Positions 19,092-27,370 of a stretch of 60,711 nt of DNA are shown here, one piece after another (position 1 is the stretch's first letter; every line of letters begins with the position of its first letter). The notes under the pieces are model-generated. The model worked only from the letters and a program-made list of their open reading frames with translations. It was not told the DNA's origin and did no database searches. The position numbers were made by a program, and so were the translations under genes. The DNA comes from Planctomycetota bacterium (GTDB lineage Bacteria; Planctomycetota; UBA11346): assembly GCA_038213805.1 (NCBI GenBank), contig JBBQSO010000027.1:1-60711 (forward strand), read 5' to 3'.

Positions 19092-20388
19092 CGAGGGCAT
19101 GGAGCCGAGCGCGTTCCTGCTGGGCGCGCGCGGTATCGCCAAATCCAGCAGCGGCGCGCGCCGCGGCTTCGTGCAGGTCGGCGGTATCCCAGCCGCCAGT
19201 CAGTGCCGCGTCGGCCGCGCTGCGCGCCCCTGCCCAGTCACCGGCGAGGACGCAGGCGCGGGCGAGCAGGGTCTGCGCCTCGCCGCCAGGACGCAGCGCG
19301 ACGTTGCGTCGGGCGAGTGCGACCGCCTGCGTCGGGTCCTCCGCCACGGTCAAGGCGTGCATGAGTCCATGGGCGCAGCCCGCCTCCGGGAATTCGGCGA
19401 GCATCGCCGCACAAGCTGCGCCCGCACGCCCACTCACGCTCAGCGCATCGCTCTCGTCGCCGTGCGCGCGCAGCTCCAGCGCCAGAGCGTCCATCAGGTC
19501 GATGCGCCCGGTGCGCGCGACCAGCCCGCGGTACGCGGCGAGCGCGGCGGCGTGCTCGCCACGGTGGCTGAGGACGCCGGCGGTGCGCGCTTCCGCCTGC
19601 CACCATCCGGGCAGGCGCCGCTCGCCCTCGCGGTACCAGACCAGGGCCGCATCCCAGTCGCCGCGTTCCTGTTCGAACCAGCCGCGCTGCACGGCCAGCC
19701 AGGCCCAGCCGAAGGTGTCCGCGGGATCGGCGCCACGTTCAGCCGCGGCCAGCGCGGCGAACGCCTGCGCGCGGCGCCCGGTGGCGAAATCGAGGTCGGC
19801 CTGCGCGACCAGGATCAGGTGGTCCGGGTGCGCCTGCATGGCCTGCGCATACAGGTCGCGCGCCTGGTCGTAGCGCCCGGCGTGGAACGCGCAGGTGGCG
19901 CGCAGGGTCAGGATCGCGGCGGCGGTGCGGTCGTCGACCAGGACGGCGGCCGCGGCGCGGTCCAGATCCGCCGCGACGAGATCGTCGCGGTGCAGCGAGC
20001 CGTTGAGCTGGGCGCGCGCCAGGAACGGGCCGGCTCCGGCGGGGGCGATGGCGAAGGCGTGCGCGAGCGCATCCTCTGCGCGGGTATAATCGAGCTGGTC
20101 CCCGGTCAGCTGCGCGCGCGTGCGGTAGGTGCGGCCGAGCTGCTCCCAGGCCAACCACGAGCGCGGCTCGCGCACGGTGCGCGCCAGCAGCTCCTCGACG
20201 CCGTCATCGTAGCGCGTGACCAGGGTCCCGTAGTCGGGCTGGTGCATGGCTGTGGGCGGGGCAGGAATAGGGGCGGAGGCGGGCGGTCTCGAGAAAGTGG
20301 TGGAAAATGGCAGGGCGAGGGCGGCCGCCATGAGGGCGGCGGAACCGGCGATCAGCAAGCGGGCGTTCCGCGAGATGGCGAGGGTCAT
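19078..20388 (-). CDS. Tetratricopeptide-repeat protein with N-terminal signal/anchor
   Basis: Ala-rich TPR-like helices (GRYDQARDLYAQA, GDWDAALVWYREG, GEHAAALAAY); position between DUF4331 genes and HupE/UreJ. Confidence 0.8.
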   Translation of the reverse strand: MTLAISRNARLLIAGSAALMAAALALPFSTTFSRPPASAPIPAPPTAMHQPDYGTLVTRYDDGVEELLARTVREPRSWLAWEQLGRTYRTRAQLTGDQLDYTRAEDALAHAFAIAPAGAGPFLARAQLNGSLHRDDLVAADLDRAAAAVLVDDRTAAAILTLRATCAFHAGRYDQARDLYAQAMQAHPDHLILVAQADLDFATGRRAQAFAALAAAERGADPADTFGWAWLAVQRGWFEQERGDWDAALVWYREGERRLPGWWQAEARTAGVLSHRGEHAAALAAYRGLVARTGRIDLMDALALELRAHGDESDALSVSGRAGAACAAMLAEFPEAGCAHGLMHALTVAEDPTQAVALARRNVALRPGGEAQTLLARACVLAGDWAGARSAADAALTGGWDTADLHEAAARAAAGFGDTARAQQERARLHALDASR

Positions 20389-20567
20389 GGTGCTTCTTCG
20401 TAAGGAGACGAGCGGGGACGCTGCCGCGCGACCGGGATGGGATGCCCGGACGGCGCAGAGCGTCCGCAACCAGTCAGCGCGGCATGGGACGGAACTGCCG
20501 TACCATGCCGCGCCGCCAGACCGCGGACGCGTGCGCCCGTATTCAGCGGATCACGGCGAAACCCTGC

Positions 20568-21149
20568 TCAGAACGGTGCCGCCAGGTACGGGAACCCGCT
20601 CAAGAAGGCCTTGTCGTTGGCCGGCGGATTGAGCGGCAGATTGGCCAGCGTCAGCGCCGTCTGGCCGGCGGTGCCAAGCTTGAGCAGTACCACCGCCAGG
20701 GTCACGTCGACCACCGGATCGGCGAGTTGACGGCCATTGGGGAAGCCCGCGGCGCCCGCGGTGTCGATCTTCAGCGTGTCCGGCACGATCAGCGGACCCG
20801 CCTGGGCGAGCGACTCGCTGGTGGTGGCCGGGGTCAGACCCGCGCCCGTGAGATCGTCGTCGAGCGCGCTGTGCAGACCGGCGACGTTGCTCTGGATCTG
20901 CGGCACCCAGGTGCCCTGCGCGTCGTCGGCAGGGTCGGAGTCGTTGTAGGCGTCCTTGTTGGTGATCACCGCCGTGCCGACGGCCGGCATGCCGACGCGG
21001 TCGATGCGCACGTAGGATGCCGTGTCGTCAGCCAGGAAGGTGAACACCTGCGGAGCAGGAGTGCTGTTGCTGCTGCCACCGCAGCCCGCGAGCAGCATGC
21101 CGGTGCCGGCGACGACGCCCGCGAAGAGGATGAGGTGGGTGCGGATCAT
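20568..21149 (-). CDS. DUF4331-family lipoprotein (C-terminal-type half)
   Basis: Lipobox LLAGC; RIDRVGMPAV, KDAYN, PDTLKID, FPNGRQLADPVVD, NDKAFLSGFPYLAAP. Confidence 0.85.
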   Translation of the reverse strand: MIRTHLILFAGVVAGTGMLLAGCGGSSNSTPAPQVFTFLADDTASYVRIDRVGMPAVGTAVITNKDAYNDSDPADDAQGTWVPQIQSNVAGLHSALDDDLTGAGLTPATTSESLAQAGPLIVPDTLKIDTAGAAGFPNGRQLADPVVDVTLAVVLLKLGTAGQTALTLANLPLNPPANDKAFLSGFPYLAAPF

Positions 21150-21874
21150 GGCGTGTTCCCGGTGGCGATCACCGACCCGATCAGGGTCAGCGGGCGGTGG
21201 GTGGGGGTGGGATCCGGTGCGATGCCGGTGCGGGCGATGGCGGTGGGTTTGCGCGCGGTCGTCGCCCACAGCTGGAGGTGCGGCAGGGTGCCGCCGACGG
21301 TGATGTCGGCGAGATCCATCTCGACCACCACCGCCGTGACGTTGGTGCCCGCGAAGGTGTCGTGGGTGGAGTCGAAGTGCAGCGCGCCGGTGGCCACGGT
21401 CGACTTGAACCCATCGAGATCGAAGAAGAAGGGATCATCGCGCAGGCCAGCGAACACCTTGCGCTTGGGACCATCATTCAAGGTGGTCTCGACCGCGCCC
21501 TTGATGGCCGCCGTCGCACCCGGAAGGTTCTCCACCTGCACGCCGAAATGTCCGGACGCATCCTTGCCGAAGCGGATGTTGATGTCGACCTTCGGAGTGT
21601 TGTCGAAGGTGGTCGTCGCGCTGCGGTCGACGTGGATGGTGTAGAGCGCGTTGGCATCGTAAATTGCTGGGGCGCCGGGCGCGCCAAAGCCGCCGAAGGT
21701 TACGACCGCGGTGAAGGTGCCGGCGGAGGTGCTGTGCCAGGCGTAAAGGTCGGCGATGTCGGCGGCGTGATCGGCGGTAGCGCTCGGACCATCCTTGTGG
21801 TCGGAGCCCATCAGGATCACCAGCAGTGGCGTGGCGAGGCCGAGGGTGACGAGCCCTTTGAAGGCGGGTTTCAT
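21146..21874 (-). CDS. DUF4331-family exported protein (N-terminal-type half)
   Basis: SDHKDGP, DIADLYAW, VFAGLRDDPFFFD, DTFAGTNV; stop overlaps the downstream start (ATGA). Confidence 0.85.
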   Translation of the reverse strand: MKPAFKGLVTLGLATPLLVILMGSDHKDGPSATADHAADIADLYAWHSTSAGTFTAVVTFGGFGAPGAPAIYDANALYTIHVDRSATTTFDNTPKVDINIRFGKDASGHFGVQVENLPGATAAIKGAVETTLNDGPKRKVFAGLRDDPFFFDLDGFKSTVATGALHFDSTHDTFAGTNVTAVVVEMDLADITVGGTLPHLQLWATTARKPTAIARTGIAPDPTPTHRPLTLIGSVIATGNTP

Positions 21875-21934
21875 GGGAGTTCCTGGATAAGGTGAGTGGC
21901 CGCCAGGGCGGATGCACCGGTCGACCGCTGCTGG

Positions 21935-21959
21935 TACGTGAGCAGTTGCACACCGGATC
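21935..21959 (-). promoter_or_regulatory. Candidate ECF sigma-factor promoter GATCC-N16-CGTA for the DUF4331 cluster
   Basis: Minus strand reads GATCC ggtgtgcaactgctca CGTA, about 60 nt upstream of the first DUF4331 start. Confidence 0.35.
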
Positions 21960-22204
21960 TGGGAGATTTTTCCCACCGGTGTTTTCCGCGGTGAAATCGC
22001 CCGTCCAGGGGAGTGACTCGTGCGGAGATCGGCCACGCGACACTGCCGTCTGCACGACTGCACGGCCCGACTGCGACGTAAGGAAACACTCTGCGCCACC
22101 GTATCCGTGCTCCATCGACGCATGCGCCCTCCACATGCCCTCGCGGCGCGGTGCCGATGGCGCGCTGCCAGCGCGCCTCGCCATGATGACGGTAAGGAGA
22201 CTCC

Positions 22205-22462
22205 ATGATCACCCACGTCTGGATAGAAGCGGGCTGCATCGGTTGCGGCGCCTGCCCATCGAACGCGCCGGCGGTTTTCGCACTCGACGAGGCCACCGAA
22301 GCGGTCGTGCTCGGCAGCGCGAGGCAGGACGGGCTGACTGGCGTGAACCGGGACGAGCGCAGTCCCTTGCTCACGGAGGTGGGCGTGGCCGAAAGCCTCG
22401 CCATCCGCGAAGCCGCAGAGGGCTGCCCGGTCGACATCATCCGTTACCGGGACAGCGCGTGA
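22205..22462 (+). CDS. Ferredoxin (single Fe-S cluster)
   Basis: CIGCGAC...P..F and GCPVDII; strong TAAGGAG Shine-Dalgarno. Confidence 0.9.
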   Translation: MITHVWIEAGCIGCGACPSNAPAVFALDEATEAVVLGSARQDGLTGVNRDERSPLLTEVGVAESLAIREAAEGCPVDIIRYRDSA

Positions 22463-22535
22463 TGCCGTTGGCTGGAAACGGAAGCACCCGGAGCGTCATG
22501 CCCCGGGTGCTCGCGAGACCGGAAATCGGTCGAGG

Positions 22536-23603
22536 TTACTTCTTCGCCGCCTTCGCCCCGCCGATGCCGAGGATGCGGTGCAGTTGCTCCTTGTCCGGCT
22601 TCCCTCCGGCGAAGTCGTCGAAGGCCTTGGCCGCCTGCTTGATCAGATGGCGGGCGATGAACGGGGCGCCCTCGGCGGCGCCCTGCTCGGGGTCCTTCAG
22701 TGCGCACTCCCACTCCAGCACCGCCCAGCCCTTGTAGCCGTACTGGGTGAGCTGGCTGAAGATGCGGCCGAAGTCGATCTGTCCGTCGCCAAGCGAGCGG
22801 AAACGGCCCGCGCGCTCCTTCCAGCCCAGGTAGCCGCCGTAGGCGCCGGTGCGGCCGTCGGGACGGAACTCGGCGTCCTTGACGTGGAAGCACTTGATGC
22901 GCGCGTGGTAATTGTCGATGTAGGCGCTGTAGTCCATGCCCTGCAGCACGAGGTGCGACGGATCGTACAGGATGTTCGCGCGCGGGTGGTCCTTGAGGTG
23001 CTTGAGGAACAGCTCGAAGGTCGCGCCGTCGTGCACGTCCTCGCCGGGGTGGACCTCCCACGCCACGTCAACGCCGACCTTGTCCGCGTGGTCCAGGATC
23101 GGCTTCCAGCGCCGCGCCAGCTCGGCGAAGCCCTCTTCGACCAAGCCGGCCGGGCGCTGCGGCCACGGGTACATGGTGTGCCACAGCAGCGCACCGGTGA
23201 ACGAGGGCATGGCCTTGAGGCCAAGGTTGGCGCTAGCGGTCAGCGCCAACTTGACCTGCTCGATCGCCCACTCGGTGCGCGCCTTGGGATTGCCGCGCAC
23301 CTCCTTGGGAGCGAAGCCGTCGAACTGCTCGTCGTAAGCGGGATGCACGGCGACCAGCTGGCCCTGCAGGTGGGTCGACAGCTCGGTGATCTCGACGCCG
23401 TTCTTCTTGGCGATGCCGGCGAACTCCTGGCAGTAGGCTTTCGAAGTCGCGGCTTTCTTCAGATCCATCGCGCGGCCGTCCCACGAGGGGACCTGCACGC
23501 CCTTGTAGCCGAGCTTGCCCGCCCACGCCGTGATGGTGGGCCAGGAGTTGAAGGGAGCGGCGTCGCCCATGAACTGGGCGAGGAAGATGGCGGGGCCTTT
23601 CAT
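22536..23603 (-). CDS. Sugar phosphate isomerase/epimerase (xylose-isomerase-like TIM barrel)
   Basis: MKGPAIFLAQF, EVHPGED, YDPSH, FHVKDAEF, RFRSLGDGQIDF, LEWEC. Confidence 0.9.
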   Translation of the reverse strand: MKGPAIFLAQFMGDAAPFNSWPTITAWAGKLGYKGVQVPSWDGRAMDLKKAATSKAYCQEFAGIAKKNGVEITELSTHLQGQLVAVHPAYDEQFDGFAPKEVRGNPKARTEWAIEQVKLALTASANLGLKAMPSFTGALLWHTMYPWPQRPAGLVEEGFAELARRWKPILDHADKVGVDVAWEVHPGEDVHDGATFELFLKHLKDHPRANILYDPSHLVLQGMDYSAYIDNYHARIKCFHVKDAEFRPDGRTGAYGGYLGWKERAGRFRSLGDGQIDFGRIFSQLTQYGYKGWAVLEWECALKDPEQGAAEGAPFIARHLIKQAAKAFDDFAGGKPDKEQLHRILGIGGAKAAKK

Positions 23604-23621
23604 GAGGACCTTCTGTTCTAG

Positions 23622-24005
23622 TTAGGGGTTGTTCTTGGGGGTGGAGATGACGGTGGGCGACGACGTTGAGAGAGCATCATGGTATTTCACCAGCAGCGCG
23701 TGCCGGATATAGTCCACATCACTCTTTGCGCGCAGGGTGAAGAGGATCAGCCCTGCAGCCATGATGCTGAAGCAACCGAGCGCGAGGGTCGTGATGAGGC
23801 CATAGGCCATACCCTCCAGGAGCACGCCGGGCGTTGCGGAGGACTGCACCTTTTCGACGAATCCCGATGCGAAGATGCCGATGAGGGTGCAGAATCCTAT
23901 GCCGCCAAACCAAGCCATGAAGCGATGGCTGCGCGAGAACTCTTCACGCATGAGGAGGAACCGGCGCGATTGCTCGACGATCATGGCTTCGTTTGGCGCT
24001 TTCAT
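23622..24005 (-). CDS. Small two-TM hypothetical protein with atypical (lower-GC) composition
   Basis: 127-aa ORF exactly filling the gap between two co-oriented genes; two hydrophobic segments; more A/T-ending codons than its neighbours. Confidence 0.6.
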   Translation of the reverse strand: MKAPNEAMIVEQSRRFLLMREEFSRSHRFMAWFGGIGFCTLIGIFASGFVEKVQSSATPGVLLEGMAYGLITTLALGCFSIMAAGLILFTLRAKSDVDYIRHALLVKYHDALSTSSPTVISTPKNNP

Positions 24006-24017
24006 CGTATGCTCAAG

Positions 24018-25232
24018 TCAGAGCAGCGACTTGCCCGCCCCGGCCTTGAGCGCCTTGGCCGGCTTGAGCTTCTGGCTGCGCGCGACCTTCACCCACTTGC
24101 GCCCCTTGGCGCTGGCCAGTGAGGCGTCCAGGACCTCCTGGTTGGCGAGGCCGTCGGCAAAGTCGGGACGGAACTCTGCGCCGCTGGCCAGCGCCTTGAC
24201 GAAGTCGGCGAGCATGTTGATGAAGCAGTGCTCGTAGCCAATGATGTGGCCGTCGGGCCAGTAGTTGCCGGCGTAGGGGTGCGCGGCGCCGTCCATGCAC
24301 ATTACCGTGCGGAAGCCCTTGTGGCGGGGCTCGTCGTCGACGGTGTAGACCTCGAGCTCGTTCATGCGCTCGAAGTTCCACACGATCGAGCCCTTGGTGC
24401 CGTTGATCTCGATGCGGTTGTAATTCTTGCGCCCGGCGGCGGCGCGCGTCGCCTCGAAGCTGGCGAGGGCGCCGTTCGAAAGCTTGGCGATGAACAGCAA
24501 CGCGTCGTCGACGTCGACATCCAGCATGCCCTTGCCATCGGCATTCTTGCGCTTTGTGATGAAGGTCTGGCGCATGCCGCTGACCTCGTCGAACTCCAGG
24601 CCGGTCATGAAGCGGGTCAGGTCGATGATGTGCGCGTTGAGGTCGCCGTGCGCGCCCGAGCCGCAGGTCTTCTCCATCATGCGCCACGACGCCGGGCAGG
24701 TCTCGTCGAGCAGCCAGTCCTGCAGGTAGACCGCGCGCACGTGGCGGATCTCACCGAGCTTGCCGTCGGCGATCAGGCTGGCGGCGGTCGAGGCGGCGGG
24801 CGCGCGGCGGTAGTTGTGCCACAGGCCGACGCGGCAGGGCTTGCCGGCAACGGTGCGCGCCTTGGCGGCGGCGGCGGTCATCGCCTTGGCCTCTTTGACG
24901 TTCAGCGCCAGCGGCTTCTCGCACAGCACGTGCTTGCCGGCCTTGAGCGCGGCAATTGACAGCGGCGCATGGCTGTCGTTGGGCGTGGCGACGTCGATGA
25001 CGTGGATGTCCGGGCGCTTCAGCACCGCGTCGAGGTCGGTGCTCCACTCCTGCCAGCCGAGCTGCTCGGTGGCGGCCTTGAGCGGGCCCTCGCTGCGCCC
25101 GACCAGCACCTTGGGCACGACCTGGAAGGGCAGGTCGAAGAAGTGGTTCACCTGGCGGTAGGCGTTGCTGTGGGCGCGGCCCATGAAGGCGTAGCCGACC
25201 AGGGCGATGTTGAGGACGGGCTTGGCGGACAT
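24018..25232 (-). CDS. Gfo/Idh/MocA-family oxidoreductase
   Basis: IALVGYAFMGRAHS, ATPNDSH, GKHVLCEKPLA, GAHGDLNAHIID. Confidence 0.93.
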   Translation of the reverse strand: MSAKPVLNIALVGYAFMGRAHSNAYRQVNHFFDLPFQVVPKVLVGRSEGPLKAATEQLGWQEWSTDLDAVLKRPDIHVIDVATPNDSHAPLSIAALKAGKHVLCEKPLALNVKEAKAMTAAAAKARTVAGKPCRVGLWHNYRRAPAASTAASLIADGKLGEIRHVRAVYLQDWLLDETCPASWRMMEKTCGSGAHGDLNAHIIDLTRFMTGLEFDEVSGMRQTFITKRKNADGKGMLDVDVDDALLFIAKLSNGALASFEATRAAAGRKNYNRIEINGTKGSIVWNFERMNELEVYTVDDEPRHKGFRTVMCMDGAAHPYAGNYWPDGHIIGYEHCFINMLADFVKALASGAEFRPDFADGLANQEVLDASLASAKGRKWVKVARSQKLKPAKALKAGAGKSLL

Positions 25233-25271
25233 GCGGGACTCTCTCGCGGGTGGTTCAGGGAAGGAATGCCT

Positions 25272-25285
25272 TGGAAGCGCTTTCG
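25272..25285. promoter_or_regulatory. Candidate LacI-family operator
   Basis: TGGAAGCGCTTTCG, a near-palindrome with central CG, about 40 nt upstream of the Gfo/Idh/MocA start. Confidence 0.55.
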
Positions 25286-25415
25286 CTCAAGGCCGGCGAC
25301 CGCCTGCGGGCGGTGCCTGAGTGATACCAAAACGGGCCGGAACCCAGGGGGTCGCGGGGGCGTCCACCATGCCGCGGCCTTCGGGGCCGTCCATGGGCCC
25401 CTGGTGTGCCCGGGG

Positions 25416-26195
25416 TCACGGGGTGAGCAGGCTGATCTCGACCTTGCGGTACCACACCTCGGCGCCCTCGCTCTGCAGCTGGATGCGGCCGCGGGTGAGC
25501 GGCTCCTCGTGGCCGGCGACCACATGACGGGCATGGCTGAGCACCATCACGGTGGCACCATTGACGATGTGCGTGCAGGTGTCGCCGCGGCAGATGACCT
25601 CGATGACGTTCCACTCACCGAGCGGCTTTTCGTTGGTCGCTGACTTGTAGATGCGGTCCTTGGCCTCCCCAACCAAAGGGCCGTCGCTGCGGTATTCCCA
25701 GGCTTTTTCGTGCGGCACCGCATGGACTTCGACGCGCGGTCCGGCGACCAGCCAGCAGTCGCCGGTATCCCCTTCCTGGATCTGGCATTCGATGCTCGAC
25801 AGCCAGTTGCCGTAGGCGGCGCCATGCGGCCCGGTGCCGTGGTAGCAGATGCCGCTGTCGCGGACCACGTCGACCCTGGGCGGCCACTTCTTGTCACCCC
25901 ACCGCTGCTCAAGGCGTAGGTGGTAGTCGCCATACTCGGCCAGCGTGCTGACGCCGCCGAAGACCTGGCCGGTGATGTGCAGGCAACCGTCACTGACGCT
26001 GAAAACGTGGTCAGGATCGTGGTTCAGCCCGAGCGGCTCGCTGGCGCCGGCGGGTTTGCTCAGCCAGGTCTCCCAGCCCTGCAGGTCGGTACCGTTGAAG
26101 AGCGCTTGCCAGGGGCCTTCTGCAGTCCAAACCGGCGCAAGTGCGGCGCTTAGCAGGAGCCATGCCGGTGTGGAAATGCGTGGGTATCTGCGCAT
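25416..26195 (-). CDS. DUF1080 (3-keto-disaccharide hydrolase/lyase family) exported protein
   Basis: LFNGTDLQGW, YGDYHLRLE, DSGI, ECQI, GEWNVIEV, GRIQLQSEG, VWYRKVEI. Confidence 0.9.
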   Translation of the reverse strand: MRRYPRISTPAWLLLSAALAPVWTAEGPWQALFNGTDLQGWETWLSKPAGASEPLGLNHDPDHVFSVSDGCLHITGQVFGGVSTLAEYGDYHLRLEQRWGDKKWPPRVDVVRDSGICYHGTGPHGAAYGNWLSSIECQIQEGDTGDCWLVAGPRVEVHAVPHEKAWEYRSDGPLVGEAKDRIYKSATNEKPLGEWNVIEVICRGDTCTHIVNGATVMVLSHARHVVAGHEEPLTRGRIQLQSEGAEVWYRKVEISLLTP

Positions 26196-26317
26196 CGGGA
26201 GTTCCTCTGGGAGTGGCAGGTTGGGCGGGGATTCTGGATGGTTACCGATGCGCATGCAGGTCATTGCCGCGGTTGCCATCTGGGTGGTTCAGTCGGTGCA
26301 GATCCTTTAGACGCGGG

Positions 26318-27208
26318 TCACGTTGGCCCGGTCAGCCGCTCCCGTGGCAGGATCGCCAGCGCCTGCGCGGCAAGCCCGGCGGCCGCGCCGCTCAGGGTCG
26401 CCTCGCTCAATCCGGTCTCCCCGCCCAGGCGCACGCGTAGCGTCCAGCGCCCTCCGACGCGGCGCGCATGGCAACCGAGCGGCAGCGAACAACCCCCGGC
26501 CAGCCCGGCCAGAACGGTGCGCTCGATACCGATGGCGGTGGCGGTCTGCTGATGGTGCAGGGCCGCGACCAGCCAGCGCGTGCGGCGGTCCCCGGCGCGG
26601 CAGTCGATGGCTACCGCACCCTGCGCCGGCGCGGGCGTGCACTCATGCTCGGGATCAAGGGGTACCGCGCATGCGCGGCGCAGCAGGCCCAGGCGCTGCA
26701 GCCCGGCCATGGCCATGAGTGTCGCAGCGACCTCGCCCGCCTGCACCTTGCGTAGGCGCGTCTCGACGTTGCCACGGATGCTGGTGAAGCGCAGGTCCGG
26801 CCGCGCCGCGGCGAGTTGGCACTGGCGGCGCAGGCTGGAGGTGCCGACCAGCGCGCCCGGCGCCAGCGCCGCCAGGCTGCCCGCACCGACCAGCACATCG
26901 CGCGCATCCGCACGCTCCAAGATTGCCGCCAGCACCAGGCCAGCAGGTTCGGTGGTGGGCAGATCCTTGCAGCTGTGCACGCCAGCGTCGGCGCGTCCCG
27001 CCAGCACCGCCTCCTGGACCTCCTTGCAGAACACCCCGACGTTGTTCATGCGGTAAAGCGGCGTGGCGTGGTCGCCATCGCCGCTCGAGGTGGTCAGCAC
27101 CAGCTCAACGCGCAGCCCGGGATGCGCGCGGCGCAGTCCTGCGGCGACATGGCGCGCCTGCCACAGGGCGAGGTTGCTGGAGCGGGTGGCGAGGCGGAGG
27201 GTGCGCAT
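26318..27208 (-). CDS. hemC: Hydroxymethylbilane synthase (porphobilinogen deaminase)
   Basis: LATRSSNLALWQA, VHSCKDLPT, GTSSLRR, IRGNVETRL, PAPAQGA, GGCSLPLG. Confidence 0.95.
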   Translation of the reverse strand: MRTLRLATRSSNLALWQARHVAAGLRRAHPGLRVELVLTTSSGDGDHATPLYRMNNVGVFCKEVQEAVLAGRADAGVHSCKDLPTTEPAGLVLAAILERADARDVLVGAGSLAALAPGALVGTSSLRRQCQLAAARPDLRFTSIRGNVETRLRKVQAGEVAATLMAMAGLQRLGLLRRACAVPLDPEHECTPAPAQGAVAIDCRAGDRRTRWLVAALHHQQTATAIGIERTVLAGLAGGCSLPLGCHARRVGGRWTLRVRLGGETGLSEATLSGAAAGLAAQALAILPRERLTGPT

Positions 27209-27370
27209 GGGCCTGCGCAGATTCCGCGCTCGGGGCGGGTTGGGAAGGGGGGAGGAAGGAAGGCGAGGCAGGAGGGCGGTAGGAAAGAAGTGGGAACTGG
27301 TCCGGCGTTGTCGGTACTACCAACGAGATGGGGTCATCAGCGACCCTGTCCAAGTCCTCGTCTTCCCTCC

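Noticed and set aside
20399..22201. Thrice-recurring GTAAGGA(G/A)AC motif (about 20400, 22078, 22192)
   Set aside because: One copy is simply the ferredoxin Shine-Dalgarno; the others have no consistent position relative to genes.
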